Origin: Balanoglossus misakiensis
Taxonomy: Eukaryota; Animalia; Hemichordata
Direction: 5' to 3'
NCBI GenBank assembly: GCA_040954595.2
Contig: CM082584.2
Location: 11,808,552-11,872,551 of the forward strand
DNA: 64,000 nucleotides
Shown here: piece by piece, positions 1 to 13,900 of the stretch
Position numbering within the stretch: position 1 is the first letter of the stretch
Layout of the letters: every line of letters begins with the position of its first letter
Notes under the pieces: model-generated
What the model saw: the letters and a program-made list of their open reading frames with translations, nothing else
What the model was told of the DNA's origin: nothing
Database searches by the model: none
Made by a program: the position numbers and the translations under genes

Positions 1-2454
1 AGACTTCGCCCGGATGGTCGTGTCTCTGCTGGGGGTACTAGTGGACATGGATGGTCGAGGATGGACAGGAGGGGTGGGGGGAGGCCGAAATGTTAATGGC
101 CATCACCCCCCTCCCCCGCTTCCAGCGGCTGTTTACAGACCAGCAGTCACGGAAACCGGTGGCGTTGCTTGGGTAACTTAGGTCAGACTCCCGCGGATTT
201 CTCCGCTGATGCGCATTCTCCTCAATAAATTGTTAACAGCTACATCGATTGTCTTGCGTTTCTGCTCACCTCCCGAATAACACTTTAATCCTCAGAGGGT
301 CCCCCTTTTCCCGCAAACAGGGTCGCAGAAATTGGGGAGCGGAGGTGTCTGAAAGCGAGCAGTTGACAGATATGACCGGACCTTTCGGGTGACAGAAATA
401 AATTGTGATGTTTCCGAAAGAGAGGTGTTTTCTGAATAAATGCACAAGGCGTCGGGGTCAGAGGTCAGATATAATACTATCATGCTTCGTGTAGCGTGCA
501 CAATGGCGGGGGAAAGTCTGTCGAGTCGCGGCCAAAAACGTTTTAGAAAAGAGCACAAAAACGGCAATGTGAGAGAAAACAGTGACGCTTAGAGATGCTC
601 CTTGAATGTGTTCAATAAAGTCGAAGGGAGGCATTGAGAAAAGAAGAATTTGCTCACTGTAGCATGTGTAACGTTATTGTGTGGGTACGTCTTTATCTTC
701 CCACAAACCAACAACACAGCCCAGCCTCAGAATGAAGTGTCTAGCAGTATGACCTGGTAATTCACAATTACCTTTTTAATGATAAAAAAAGATTTTCTGT
801 CGCCCGAGAATAGCCTCTTTTTGTCCGCTTTTTACCAACTGCAGCTTTTTTGTGTGCGCTGAAGGGTGTGTGTATACTTTTTTCTTTTGGTGGAGAGTTG
901 TGATCTAAAAACGGCTTGTTTCTCACAGAAGTTAAATGCGTTTAAGTGAGCTCGCTGATTAGCGAGAAAAGTCGCCCGTGTGTGATCTTTTCTCCCGACA
1001 GGCCTTCAGTCCAGGCGTTTAATCGGAAAACAGACTATAGTCCGCGGGAGAAAACCTCAGCGCCTATAATGTAGAACACAGGGAGTATGTCTTGGACATC
1101 CCATGTGCATATATCGTGGGACTTGGGGGTAGTAGGTGGGTTGGTGCCCCGCCAGTCTCGGTCTAGGCTTCCAACCTGTAGGTTGGCAATGAACCGATGG
1201 GGACACAGCCCACGTGCTTTCAATGATAGCAAGTAATACCCTAAAAATATAATATTTTTTTGCGAAATCTTTTAACTTGGTAGATTACAAAAGAGCGGGT
1301 GTATCATTGTGCATTGGCGGAATACTGTTTCAGTGCATCCGGGAACTTCGAGATGAATTCCCAAGTCAAGCAAAATTCAAATAAGACATCTGTAGCAAGA
1401 ACGTAAATGCAAAAACCGACAGCCGGCCACAGTAGCAACGACAAATCAGGCCCTTTACATCTGTGTCACTGCTGGTCTGGACACGCACGGGCTAATCGAT
1501 TGACTGGTCACACAGGCGGTCGCCCTCTTTCGACCGGGGATTAATCTGTAATTGGCCGAAGCAAGAAGCAGCACTTTCCCGAAGAAAAGAAAAAAAAGAA
1601 GTCTGGAAATTGTCGAACATATTCTGATGATCACATATTTATTTGTTTCAGCTTTAACGCCCCTTACTGTTCGATACCACGACCGACGCTAATTCAATGC
1701 GTAATCCGCGATGATACTGCAGACCGAGCTGCCTGAACGCCGTGTGTCGTCTATCGGATCCATTGGCCGTGCTCACAGCGGGGAACACATCTCAAAATTG
1801 TTTCTCCTTTTGTGCCCAATTTCGCGTGCCCGTTTTGTGGACATTTACCCCCGGCGCAAATAATGGGGGGATAAGCGTCTGGAGGCGAGGCCAGGCAGAA
1901 AGGGGGGGGGGGGACACGGGGGTTCTCATGTGATGCGTCTGCGTGGTTGTGGCCTGTCAGTTATGCCTTGTCAGCGGGCAGCTTGGAGTTACAGGCAGGC
2001 TGTAATGGAGGGAGAATAACAAGCGAAAACATCCGTGCAGCGGGCACACTCGCCACTGAAATATATGATCACTTGATTCCGAGTACTTTTGTTGATGTTA
2101 CAACTGGTCTTCCCGGCTGAAAACCCACGGGAGTCTAGCTGTCAATGTTGGGCGTCGTTCAACCAATGGCAGGCCACCTCTCAACAGCTGATGATGACCG
2201 GTTGTCCAATGGCGTCCCCCGACACGCATCATTTGTTCGACTTTTCAATTTCAACTAAAACAAATAAACGTAGAACTGGCAAAAGAGGGCGGTACTATCA
2301 CGTCGCAGTTCACTACGTGTTGAGCGGAGTTGCCTCCGAACAAGGCAGAGAGAGCTCCAACTTGCTGTTAACACCGAATAGACAGACATTCGGGGTGTCC
2401 AACTCCGTAACCAGTCGGTTGACTTTTGAAATCGCTCAAAAAACAGCCTCCACC

Positions 2455-2884
2455 ATGAGTTTTGGGAACCACCTGGACCAGCGACAAGAGGGCATACCCG
2501 TCTCAATGGCTGGACATGGCCCACCGCAGCCACCGACTCTGCTCATACGGGCCGAAAAACCGTACCCTCGCACGCCGAAGTGTGCTCGCTGTCGAAACCA
2601 CGGCGTCGTTTCGGCCCTGAAAGGCCACAAGCGTTACTGCCGCTGGAGAGACTGCGTTTGCGCCAAGTGTACCCTGATAGCGGAGCGGCAACGAGTGATG
2701 GCCGCACAGGTGGCTCTTCGACGCCAGCAGGCGCAGGAGGAGAACGAAGCCCGAGAACTGGGACTCTTGTACGGCACCGCGGAAGGGGCCATCTTCACCA
2801 TGAACGGGCCACACGCATCGCCTCCTACATCCAAACCATACGACCCGTACAGCTGCCCGCCTTCAGACGACCCTTCCAGCCCAG
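2455..2884 (+). CDS. DMRTA2: DMRTA (Dmrt4/5, Dmrt99B-like) transcription factor, coding exon 1 containing the DM domain
   Basis: ATG in Kozak context (CACCATG) at 2455 gives MSFGNHLDQ...[73 protein letters not shown], nearly identical to the DMRTA2/Dmrt99B DM domain. It ends at donor CCAG|GTAAAA (phase 1). The symbol names the closest vertebrate paralog; the gene is probably the pro-ortholog of DMRTA1 and DMRTA2. Confidence 0.93.
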
Positions 2885-5800
2885 GTAAAAACCCACAACC
2901 AAATAAATTTCACTTTTTAACTTGCGCCACTTGGGCAATAAAACTAGGAGCACTTGTGTGAATATTGATGGGTAATCGATACGGCAAAACAACATGTAAT
3001 ATGTATTATTAACTTGTACTGTGGCACAACCACTTAACGCATTGTGTTCACATATACTTTTATTAATGGTTGCACTCAGCGAATATTTTTGTACAAATAT
3101 ACACACTTGACATAAAATTCAAGCTATCATAGAATGTTACGATGGAATTACGCATTATATAACATTCTACCAACCAGAAGCTATGCGGAAGCCTCTTTTG
3201 TCTTTAATAATTAGTTTTTTGAATTTTTCGTTTGTCTGAAATCGTAGTAACTATCATTGCCCCTATAAAAATACAGCAAAAACAGTCTTTTGGGGTCAGT
3301 AACACCGATCGCCGATCAGAGTTTAGCCGGATTCGAAGAAAATAGTCTTCATGATTGCTAGGCACTTTAAAACTCAGTAAAAGTGCGTCTGGGTTTGATT
3401 TAGTTTGTTTTGATAAAAAGTAGATGTTTTTGAGACAAGTCAGTTAGATTATATAAGGAAAACCTCACCAAACTTGATTTTTTTATCTCATTCTGAATCT
3501 CCAATTTTGACAACAAGGACTGGTGTCTACACATAACCCTTTTGAATCACATTGTAAACGCCGGACCTAAACGTTCAGCCGACCACGTGACCCAAATAGA
3601 AATGATCTCAATTGCAGTTTTTTTGTGAAACAAATCTACAAATTTAAGCAGTTACTTGTTATGTATCAAAACAAGAGCTAAACACAGGCCACCGACTTTC
3701 TTTCTGTCAAGTGTCTGTCTACATTCTTGGCAAGATTAAGAACCCTCTATCAGGCGACTTGGTAACCGAAGAAAAAAAATCGGAACCCCCTTAATTATAC
3801 CGTTTTACTCCTTCAACGCGCAAAAAAGAACAATTTGTTCCAATGCTGTTTTTGTCCAAATCGCTGTATTAGTAGCTCATTAGTCGGAATGAGGGGGGGG
3901 GGGGGGTCTTGGGAACTCGGTAAAGCTGCTTTTGATGTCTTAAGACAAAGCTCGTCGTCTGGGAACACTAGTTTTTTTAGCTGTAGTGTACTGCAGACCA
4001 TCTTGAACTTCGGCGCGTTGCCTAAGTACACAGCCACCGTGTCTAAGAGTCAGACTTCAGAAACACAGCAAAGAAGCAAATCGCGACACTGTAGTGCGGA
4101 CCCCACCGCAACACCGTCCCATTCACTGCCCATCCACAGCAACTACATGTCCGGCCCGGCCGAAGAACTGGACACATATATGTGGACTGTCCAATGCGTC
4201 AGTGTTTGTCAATGTGTACTTACGGCAGATATGTTGTTTGTTTGCCACTGTCGTACGCAAGGACGCTAAACATCAATCTCAAGAAAATCCCGGCTGAAAT
4301 TCCAAAGACATGTTTCTCGCGCGGTTATAAGCTTATGTATTTTTTCTAAACCAGGAAAATCTACAAATTAGACACTTTTGTTTCACACTTTAATAACCAA
4401 GGCCGAACAGAACAGAACGGAACAAAAACAACACAACAACCGACGAGTGATGGCTAAGATTCTATGTCATTTGACCTTAAAGTGTTTGAAGACCGACCCA
4501 GACAGTCCTTGTGTATACTCTCTGAAAGCCGGCGAATGTGTACGCGGGTATAGAAAGCCACCGGTGCTATCCGCCAGCATTGGGGGTTCTCCTCAGTTGT
4601 AATCTATTCCTCCCAACACCAGGATCCCAGTCTATGACATTTTTATCCGGCCAATCCTGAAACCCACATACACATAGACGCTGACACCTTTATACGAGAG
4701 GAACGCACCCGGCCGAGACTTGACTGGCTATCGGAGGCGAAACCAGCGCGTTGTGGTCACTTCTCGCGCAGAAACGCCACTCGCAGTACGCGCTTCTGTC
4801 GGCTAGGCAGCGAGAAGTCGAGCAGTAAATTATCAAAAAGTCAAAATCCATGCCTACTTCGACCATGCGAGGTTGAAAGCTGAGCCATAACGTTATTTTC
4901 TTCTAACGGGAAACGAGATTTCTTGTTGAATGACTTGAACTCGAAAATCTTTCAATAAAAAAACAATGCTGCAGAAGTTTGAAATTTTTTCGATGTTCTA
5001 TCACTCAAAATTCTAAGAAAGATTTAATGAAATGGGGCGGAATCGTGAAATTAATGAGCCCACATTGTGTGGACCGGAGTGGCACGGATCGAATCGGTTA
5101 TTTGATCTCCGAAGGTGGGAGCTGTTAGCTTTGACTTACATGATTATAAATTTGAGCTCCGGTGACGAAATATCCATTTATATCGATGTAATCCGTGGAA
5201 ATATCAAGTCGGTCATGAACAGTGATCTCGTTCCCCGTTACTGACAGATCGCCGTGGTGTATAAAGTTTCACTTTTTGGGGAGAATTACAAAAAAGTCTC
5301 TTTGAAGTGGACCTATCATGGTTGCGCATCACAAAGTTGTATTCCCCGGAGAGATATGCAAAGGGTACCGTTGGGATTTGACAAAGGGGAAAATTCAGCA
5401 ATACGGGAAAGCAAGAAATCAATTAAAAGACAAACACAATGCGCTTGGCATCAAGCCGCGCGAGTCGCGTCGTAGTTGTATTGGCCAGCTCAGCTCGGGC
5501 TTTCGGTCATAATGGGTAACGGCGCAGACAAACGAGACGAACACGGCAACGGAACAAATAGCGGCGAGTTAGCATTGTAAAAGTTTCATTTTCAGGGGGG
5601 ACGTTTGAACCCTTCCCTTCAAAACCGTCTATGATGTTTCCATCAGATGTTTACAACATTAAAAGAAATCTCACAAAGGGAGGAAAAAAACTTCGAGAGA
5701 AAAAAAGAAGTTTGTAGCTGAAACTCTGTCAGTGTGTATAAGGGAGGCGCTTGAAAACACGCTATTAAGCGATCAAAGGAGAAAGAGTTCGATCGCAGGC

Positions 5801-8800
5801 TGGTCCCTGCTCACAATATATCGGGTTCTTTTATTTGGTTATCAACTGCACATGGGGGAAATATTGAAAAGCTCTTTAAAGGAAGCCACAATCCACCATA
5901 ACACTTGCCACAGAGTGTTTTTTTGAAAAGCTTTTTGCATTGAACTGTCATGTAAAGATGGCGTGTTGGAGGAAATCCACACCCCGGCTTACTGATCGGT
6001 GCGAAACGCCCTCAGAAAGTGGATGTCAAGTTGACAACAAGTTTCCTCTAACCTAAAACACTGTGACGGCAAAAAAAATACGAGATACCGCCTTCTTGGT
6101 GTACAGTCGTAATCTTTTCGATGACAGGTGTTGGCCGTCAAAAGTCGGTGCCTGCAGACGGGTCCGTTCGTCTTGTTTACTTTATAGCGGTCGGCGCCAC
6201 TTCGCGTCAATATCTAGGAAGTGATCCTCAGTCAGAGCGCCAACTGTTTTCTTCATCATTTTCGCGATTTTGTTTTTGTTTATTCCACAAAACAACTCGC
6301 TGACTCCAGAATATCCCCCAAACACAGCGGGTTAATTTCCAAAATATCCGCGCGCATTGACTTAAAATAAAATCGTTTGAGCAATTATCCATATTTACTC
6401 AAAGAGGCGTTGACGAGCCCTAAAGTACCTAATTAATGAGAAGCCCCAAAATTTCGACATGATTTTAATCGGGATTCAAAGGTACAGGTGGCGTGTACTT
6501 TGAATTAATGAACTTGGAGTGAAAAGAGAGTAACTTCTCTCGCGAGAAACCTGCAGCAAGGAAGAACAGTAAACAGCATCGCGTCGCTGCTTGAGATTTG
6601 CGGTGTCTAAAAAGGACCCGCACAAGCGCTGTCATTTCCAGAATTATCTCTAGAGGTCACATTCTGAAATAATTTGAAACTGTTGATAAAAAATGTAATG
6701 CCAGCATATATAACAATTGTAATGTGTTTTCCAGGAACGCTTCCAGATCTGTGACACATGTACACTGCGGTTGCCAGTTCTGTGAGGCCTAAATGTACTG
6801 TTCCGGTAATTAATTGTAGGAAGAAATGAGAGAATATTTGGCGCAAAGTGAGCTGGCATAAATATAGATATTCACAAATGACTATTTTCGTGTCACTTTT
6901 ACTGGGATGGTCGAGTGATGGATTCATTTCATGTAATTACACGTTTTCTCTTACAAAAGGAAAAAAAACGACGTTCGGTAAAAAGAGCACATAAAACTCC
7001 TCACTCTGTGGAAAATTAAAAATGGAAACTGTACTGTGTTTCATTGTTGAAGGCAAACAGGGTGCGACACGTATACACGTCTTTTTTTGTAACTGAGCTG
7101 CGGCAGGACGAATTTGCGGACGGTCAGTTCGGAAGCGAGACCAGCGGGTGACCGTTTAAATCTCTAATGGAGAATCTAAAGCCCGTCAAAGCCTCATCGC
7201 TTGATAATTGAATAGACATCCATTTTTTTTATTTTTCAACGATTTCAAGTATGGTTTTCCATGGCAACGATCATAGAAAGGAGACCAATGCCTAGCGAAA
7301 GGAATGTGAAAGCTTGTTACCGTATTCAAATCAGGGGAAATTGGCGGGATTCCGCGCGAACACTTCATGCGAGAGTTTAATAAATACAGCGTATGTTATG
7401 TATCGAACTAATAGAAATGATCGAGAATTGATTAGCCTCTGATGAATCACCCCGAACAATCCAATTTTCGACGGGAATTTTTTGACTGTGAGCCAAATTG
7501 ACAACAGTCTTGGCCCCATTATGGCAGCCTTGCTACAGACGCCAACGGCAGAGGAACAAAAACACTCGGGGTAAAATGGTTTAGCGGTTTCGTTGGAAAC
7601 GGTGTTTTTTATTAAATTTTTCACTCACTGGGAAAAGTGATCAAGGCTTTGCGTTTGAGTGGCTCCACTTCAAACTTCCTTTTTCTAAAGTGGGCAACCG
7701 TTGTTGGGAAGACAACTCGGAATAGTTTCGGCGCACAATGAACCAGCAGGTAGCCAACGACAGGAAAGATTTAAAGATCGTAATCTCCGTCGCTCCTAAC
7801 GAAATAACATTAACAGCGACTCCATATGTACATATTATGATAAACGCGCGTGTCTCCGGTAATTAACAATTATAATGAGGGATAAATTATTTGAAAAAAA
7901 AATCACGCGATTTCAAAGACAAATATAATGTGAGATATGAACAATAAGCTTAACAATAGATTAGATATTTCTGCCTTCCGTAACCACTTAACAATTTATT
8001 GTAATTGATGTGAATGTCATTGTAATGTAATTATAGATAATCGCTGGGATACGGTTGAATATTATCGATCATAAACGCTGCTGCTATCTGCAGAGGAAAG
8101 AAAAGCGTGGCTGTTCTATACAACAACAGTTCTCACTTTGCCGTACCATGCAACTACCAGCAACACGCTTTAAAAGTGTGGTCTCTGCTATTAAAGTTCA
8201 AAACGAGCTATGTTGACTGTTGCATATACATGCAATACCACTGTTTTTATTTCTATTAGTTTGAAAGATGTAAAATGACAGATCTCCCTGTGACGAATTT
8301 TATCGCCCCCTAGTACGCGGGGAGCTCGGCGGGTGGCCAGTGTGACGCGGCGCGGGGGCAGACAATCTATGCTTGCAGCGTAAATGCCAATACTTACGAA
8401 ATCTTACGGCACTCAGTCACGTGGAATTAATGGGTAAACCCTCTGAAGCTGACAGTCAATGGCAACCCCTTAGCTGTCCGCAATTCACGGATTTTTTCGC
8501 CCATTTTTTCTTCTTCTCAAAAATAGTTATAAGTTGAAACAAAAAAGTATGAATATTTATAACAGACGCGGGACGCGCAGAGGTAACGCTATCGCGGAAG
8601 GCAGAGGGCAAAGTTAAACGCTTACACACAGATGCATTCATTGCAATGCAACAAGGGCCACACCTGGTGAAATTGTTACACCCAGTCGCTCTACTGTAAT
8701 CGTCAATTCACTTGGCGCCAGGTTTTTAACGCTAAACCACCCCTGTCAAGAAATTTAATGAAGGAGTAACGATCTATTGACCATCGCTTTGTTAAAATTC

Positions 8801-10044
8801 TATCTATGAATCGAGGCTATTTTAGAGATATGACATTTGGAATAAAATTTGATGCGCCTTGCATCGGCAGCTTGTTGCTTGGTATTGTCGACAAATAAGT
8901 GGCGACCGTTTTGTTCTTCTGGTGGTGGCAAATTACAAATCTATTGATTAAAAGCCTCTTTGTGTGGAATGGCAGGGACTATTAAACGGTTGAAAAATAG
9001 AAATTGTACACACAATACCAAATGAAATAGGCATTCTTTTCAGCTTGTACACAAAACAGCATGTGAAGTTTTTTTCTCTTTGTCATGCGGAGTATCAGTT
9101 TTCAAAACATGCTTCCACATGCTTAGAATCTGCTGCCTTCACGCGATCACACTCTAGGATGCAGTGTAACGTGTTGGGGAAAAAGTTTGACTCCAAATTT
9201 TTGAACAGAATAGCCTATATTGACTTGGCTGAATGTTCAGGCGACGGCGGCGTCTGAAATTTTTTTGCCCTCGGTGAAAGTCATCTGGATGGAGGCTTCT
9301 CTAACGCTATGGAGTTGAGAAGTGTCGCCACGGGATCTGTCCAATCACAGCACGCACTCGTGTGCGCAAAAACCGGAAAACGAGGCAATCTTACAGTGAT
9401 GTACAATTCATAGGGCAATTAGATAGTGAGCCTTTCCGACCTCCAAGGTGGGAATAATGGCCAGAGACAGCCTGCTCTGACACACCGTGAAATTGACAAC
9501 GCCGCTTGAACGGACGCCGAATCAGAACTGTATGTCAATATCACCCCGTGTCATCGCGCGATTTGAACACATGATTAATTTCATATTTGTATCCGGTAAT
9601 CACATTTCATCTTGTACGCTGACACCGTACGCATGAATTAATAGGATTATTTCATCGCTGGCTTGCTCGCCTCCCGACAAAAACTACACGGCCGTCGGCG
9701 TGTTTACCATTTCCTGCCCGCTGATTACGGCCCTATATTTTTGCGCCTTCTCGGCGGAAATTGGTCGGAAAGTGCGGGGAGAGACGTGCATGGAAGATAA
9801 CGAAATCGAATTGCACCTGTTCATTGCGCGAACTCATCCATGTTGAAAGTTGATTTCTTTCGTTTTTGAAACGATACCGCCCGTTTAGTTTGCAATCTTG
9901 AAGATTTAAATATGTCTCGATTCCTCGTTTGATGATTTTGATATCCTGATAATGGCATCATTGATGGGGAATTTGTTTTGTAAACGTGTTCTGACGTACA
10001 GTCCACACGCAAAATTGAGCGTAAGTTTTTTCTTCTTTACGCAG

Positions 10045-10961
10045 ATCTCAAGCGACCAAGACTGGATTTCTCTCTTCCCACCGTACATGGCGCTCCAGCC
10101 GCCACCTCCGCCGATCGGAAGTCGGCCTCGCCGGCGACGACGGCCAGCGATAGCGGCGTCATATCGCCCGACCCGCAGACGTCATCGTCGGCGGAAAACA
10201 GAGCACTTTCCCCGGCGCCGCCGACAGCGTCCGTCACACCGAAAGAAGAACCGCAGAGTCCCGACAGCGACGACGTCGATGACGACCCCAAGGCGGAACA
10301 TTTGCCGCTCAAAGAGCGGGTAACCCCGGAACCCCGTCACAGTCGCGATACTTTCGGGGCTGTAACGGGTAACAGCGGGGACGCTTCGTCGGGCAGAACC
10401 CACCGTTCACCGATAGAAATTTTATCTTCCGTATTCCCAACACAGAAGCGGAGTGTCTTGCAGCTGATTCTGCAAGGCTGCAACGGAAACGTGGTGCAGG
10501 CCATAGAGCAAGTTTTGAACAATCACACGGGCCCGCAGCACCACAACCCGATGACAACGGTACCCGTGACGTCCAACGGATCCATACTGACGCACAGGCC
10601 GTACCTGCCGCAAGCGCCCCTCAGTTCACCGGGACTCAAATCGGCCTTCTCGCCGATACCGTCATCCGACCGAGTCCACACCAGCGTAGGGTTGGGCATC
10701 AACCCGGCGGTCCGGTTCGCGTACGCGCCCCACCCGCGGGGGTTTGCCTTCGTCAGCCCCTACCCACCCGCCATGATGCCGCCAATCGGCGCGAGGCCCA
10801 TGGCGGACTTGAACTACAGTTTTAGCGGCATCATGCGCGGAATGTCGCACGGTCACAAAGATCGTCCCAACGGCGGAGTGTTCCCACTCTACGCCACCTC
10901 CTGCCGCTGCAAAGCGTGCCTGTCAAACGACAAGTCCCAGTCCTGTGTTAACGAACAGTAG
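10045..10961 (+). CDS. DMRTA2: DMRTA coding exon 2 (DMA domain, SAFSP motif, stop)
   Basis: Acceptor TTTTTTCTTCTTTACGCAG| at 10044. The phase-1 join gives D-LKRPRLDFSLP..., open and in frame with the 10302-10961 ORF. It contains the DMA domain RSPIEILSSVFPTQKRSVLQLILQGCNGNVVQAIEQVLN and KSAFSP, and stops at TAG 10959-10961. Joined CDS is 1347 nt = 448 aa; intron 2885-10044 is 7160 bp. Confidence 0.92.
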
Positions 10962-13900
10962 ATGTGATGTGTTTACCTGTGATAATGAAAGTTCCCCACC
11001 TCCTTTTCAAGAGCTTTAATGACTTTATTTCAACTCGGGAACAAATCTGTCAATGCTGTTAGCATAACTGAGAGTATCATAATCATAGTTTGTGCTTGAT
11101 AGAACAGTGACCGAAGGGCACGCCGTTAAATTGTGTCCAGATTGTGAAAATATGGCATGACAGACTTGCTGATTTCCGAGTCGATTTCACCTGCAGACAT
11201 AAACACACAATGAGGCAGCGTATCGAAAAGCATATGTTAATTAACATGTCTGGTGTCTTTGATAATTAGGGAGATTGTGTTTTCCAAACCACCGATTTAA
11301 AAAAAGAGAAAATGGTCAAGTGTCATCGACTGACACTTCTGGTTAAAAAATATTACGATTTGTATTTATTTTATTTTCAAAGTCCAGTACTGTCACAACG
11401 TGTTATACTTGGGCGGTTTTTAGTGATTCTGGTATTCCACAAATTCCGTCAAGTATTTTTCCGCTTCTACAGGTGTGCGGATGGGCGCGGAGGGTAAAAA
11501 CAAATATATATATTGCTGTCTATTTGTGGTTGTGAAGTAGAATCGTGCGTTGGGATAGTTCCATGCGTTCAAATGGACCCAAGCCTCGCTACGTTAGAGT
11601 TAGACTTGCAAACAGACAAGAGAGATGTCGCTTACTGGACAGTGTAAATGTCGTAATTTATAATCAAGGCCGCTTGATGTCCTGTCTGATAGATTTGCAG
11701 GCTCTGTCGTTGAGTAGAGTCGACCGCGTGGCGTTCTGAAAACCCCACGATTTTTTTTATATGCTGCCAATTTTGTCCAGACAATTTATAACTTTTTGAC
11801 AAACCTATTCAGGAGGGGGCACCGCCCTCCTCTTTGGAAAATAGGGTGTTAGTGTTAAACCGACAGTTAAAATACGATTTCTTATTTAATATTCCATCGT
11901 ATTTTCTTTCCAAAATCCTTCAGACTATAGATATGTTACGTAAGTGTTTATACGGTATGGAGTACGCGTTTTTAACACCTGTTTTCGTCACACGTCATGT
12001 GTCACGTGACACGTCTATACACGGCAAGTTGTAATCACACTTCAAAATCCATAGATATAACATGATATTGTACCACCATTATTTCGAACATTTTTTTGTG
12101 AAAAAAATATTAAAAGTTGTAAATATATTTAAATGTCCATGACGAGAGAATTAAAAACGTATGTTACTATTCGTGTCTCATTGAGCCCTGCAAGTCATCC
12201 TCTATTTTTTGTGCAGTATTTCAGTTTTAATGGGTTCGTGTCCCCGTAGTGTACATCAGTGACATGTTTCATCACGATTGCAAAGAAAAGTTATTCTTGT
12301 CGATTTTATAAGTAAGCGATGTTTTTTTCGTGTGAATTAATGAGGTAATGTAAATTGTCACCACTACTGGGGCTGAAAATAAAAAACAAAATATCACATT
12401 TTCCTAGAATCGTACATTGAACGACATACGTCTGTAAATTTTGCGAATTTCATTGGATATTTCATTTATTATTTTTTTGCCAGCGGTCATCCTTGACAGT
12501 AACACATTTCGCCCCCTCCCATGTCGTCATACTGGAAATAACAATAGTCAATATAGAGCTGACACTTTCGCCATGGCGGTGAAGTTTCCGATTTGTATTG
12601 TTTGTCTGCTTTTTGAAAACCATTGTACACAATCACTTTCCTCCTAAAAAGCGAAATCCTCGGTAAACATCTTTGCCGAGTGTAAGCCAAGATAAACAAC
12701 GGGGATTAGCCAAGACTGCTGTATATACCGAGTCTTAAAGGATTGCCATTGTTGTAGCGGTTAAACTAAAGTTTTAGGAAGAGTTACCACGGCCCTGGGG
12801 CCAGTATGTTTAGAGCACTATTCAGACGAGCGACCATTCATTGGGCTGATCGGAACCACTCGCTGGAAGACCCTATTCACCGTCAATGGCACGGGGTTTT
12901 AATTTTCGCTAATGTGCGAAAAATCACAGCCAGAAAGCAAACACACTCACGACAAAGTGCCAATCATTACCCCTGGTTCAAATTGGCGCCAATCTCGTCT
13001 GTTTTTAAAATTCCGCGCTCGGGAGCGGAAAGGTGGGTTGTATACCCTTCGGGGGACGGGAGAGCCCCGGGGGTGGGCTGTGACGTGTGAATTGCGCATG
13101 CACGCGGTGGTGGGTGGGTGCGAAGGGGGGGGGGGGTGACAGTTCCAGTTAGCTGCGCGTGGAAATGAATTGACAAATTATGAATTAATTAATACGTAAT
13201 CTGCCGTATAGCGGACGCGATTTTACACGGTGCCATGGCAACGAGTCACCTCCAAAATGGAGAATACAAGAGTCTTATAAAGTGATTATCCTAATAACTC
13301 GGAGTAATCTAATGTTACAATTATCAAACGTTTTTTCATGTGATAACAATCGTGATATATGCCCTCCTCTTTACTCCGCTTTCTTCTCAACCAGAAAAGC
13401 AACTGCCTTTCATGCGATTTGCGTTGGGCATCTCACCAACAGCTGTTCTCGTTTTGTGCCAACGCTGTGTCACTGGACAAACAGCAATTTGTAGTAATTG
13501 CCATTGCCTGCCTGGCTGAACTCTTTCAAACTCCACCACATTTTGGAGTGAAAGTACCCATTCTAGCGTAAATGGCCTCTTCCTTGTGTGACTACGCATT
13601 GTCTGGTGTGCGGTTGCTAGGCACTAAATCCCCCCTTCCCCCCTGCTTTTTAATGAGCGCGAAGGGTGAAAGAGACACACCTTGTCAGATTTCCCTATCA
13701 TGTTGTTGCATTTCCTCTTTGGGCAACAATAACGCACCGGAGCGGTTGTTGTTCGCAGCTGATGAGGCGAATGTTGGGGCGATCATTGACGGACTGATAG
13801 ACCACATATTGGCCTTGCCAGACTGTTCCCCCAAGGTATATGAGAAATGTTCTCTCTTTTGGGGGGCACGTTTCAACTATGACATGTTACAAAAGCTTGT

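Noticed and set aside
2089-2454. N-terminal 122 codons of the 290-aa ORF, and its read-through tail 2885-2961
   Set aside because: The ORF-track start is a TTG, the region overlaps CCAAT boxes and a likely 5' UTR, and it shows no Dmrt similarity. The tail lies past the splice donor.
10021-10026. Perfect GTAAGT donor-like hexamer 24 nt before the DMRTA exon 2 acceptor
   Set aside because: It is too close to define an intron, has a poor exonic context (AGC|GT), and I found no convincing upstream exon.
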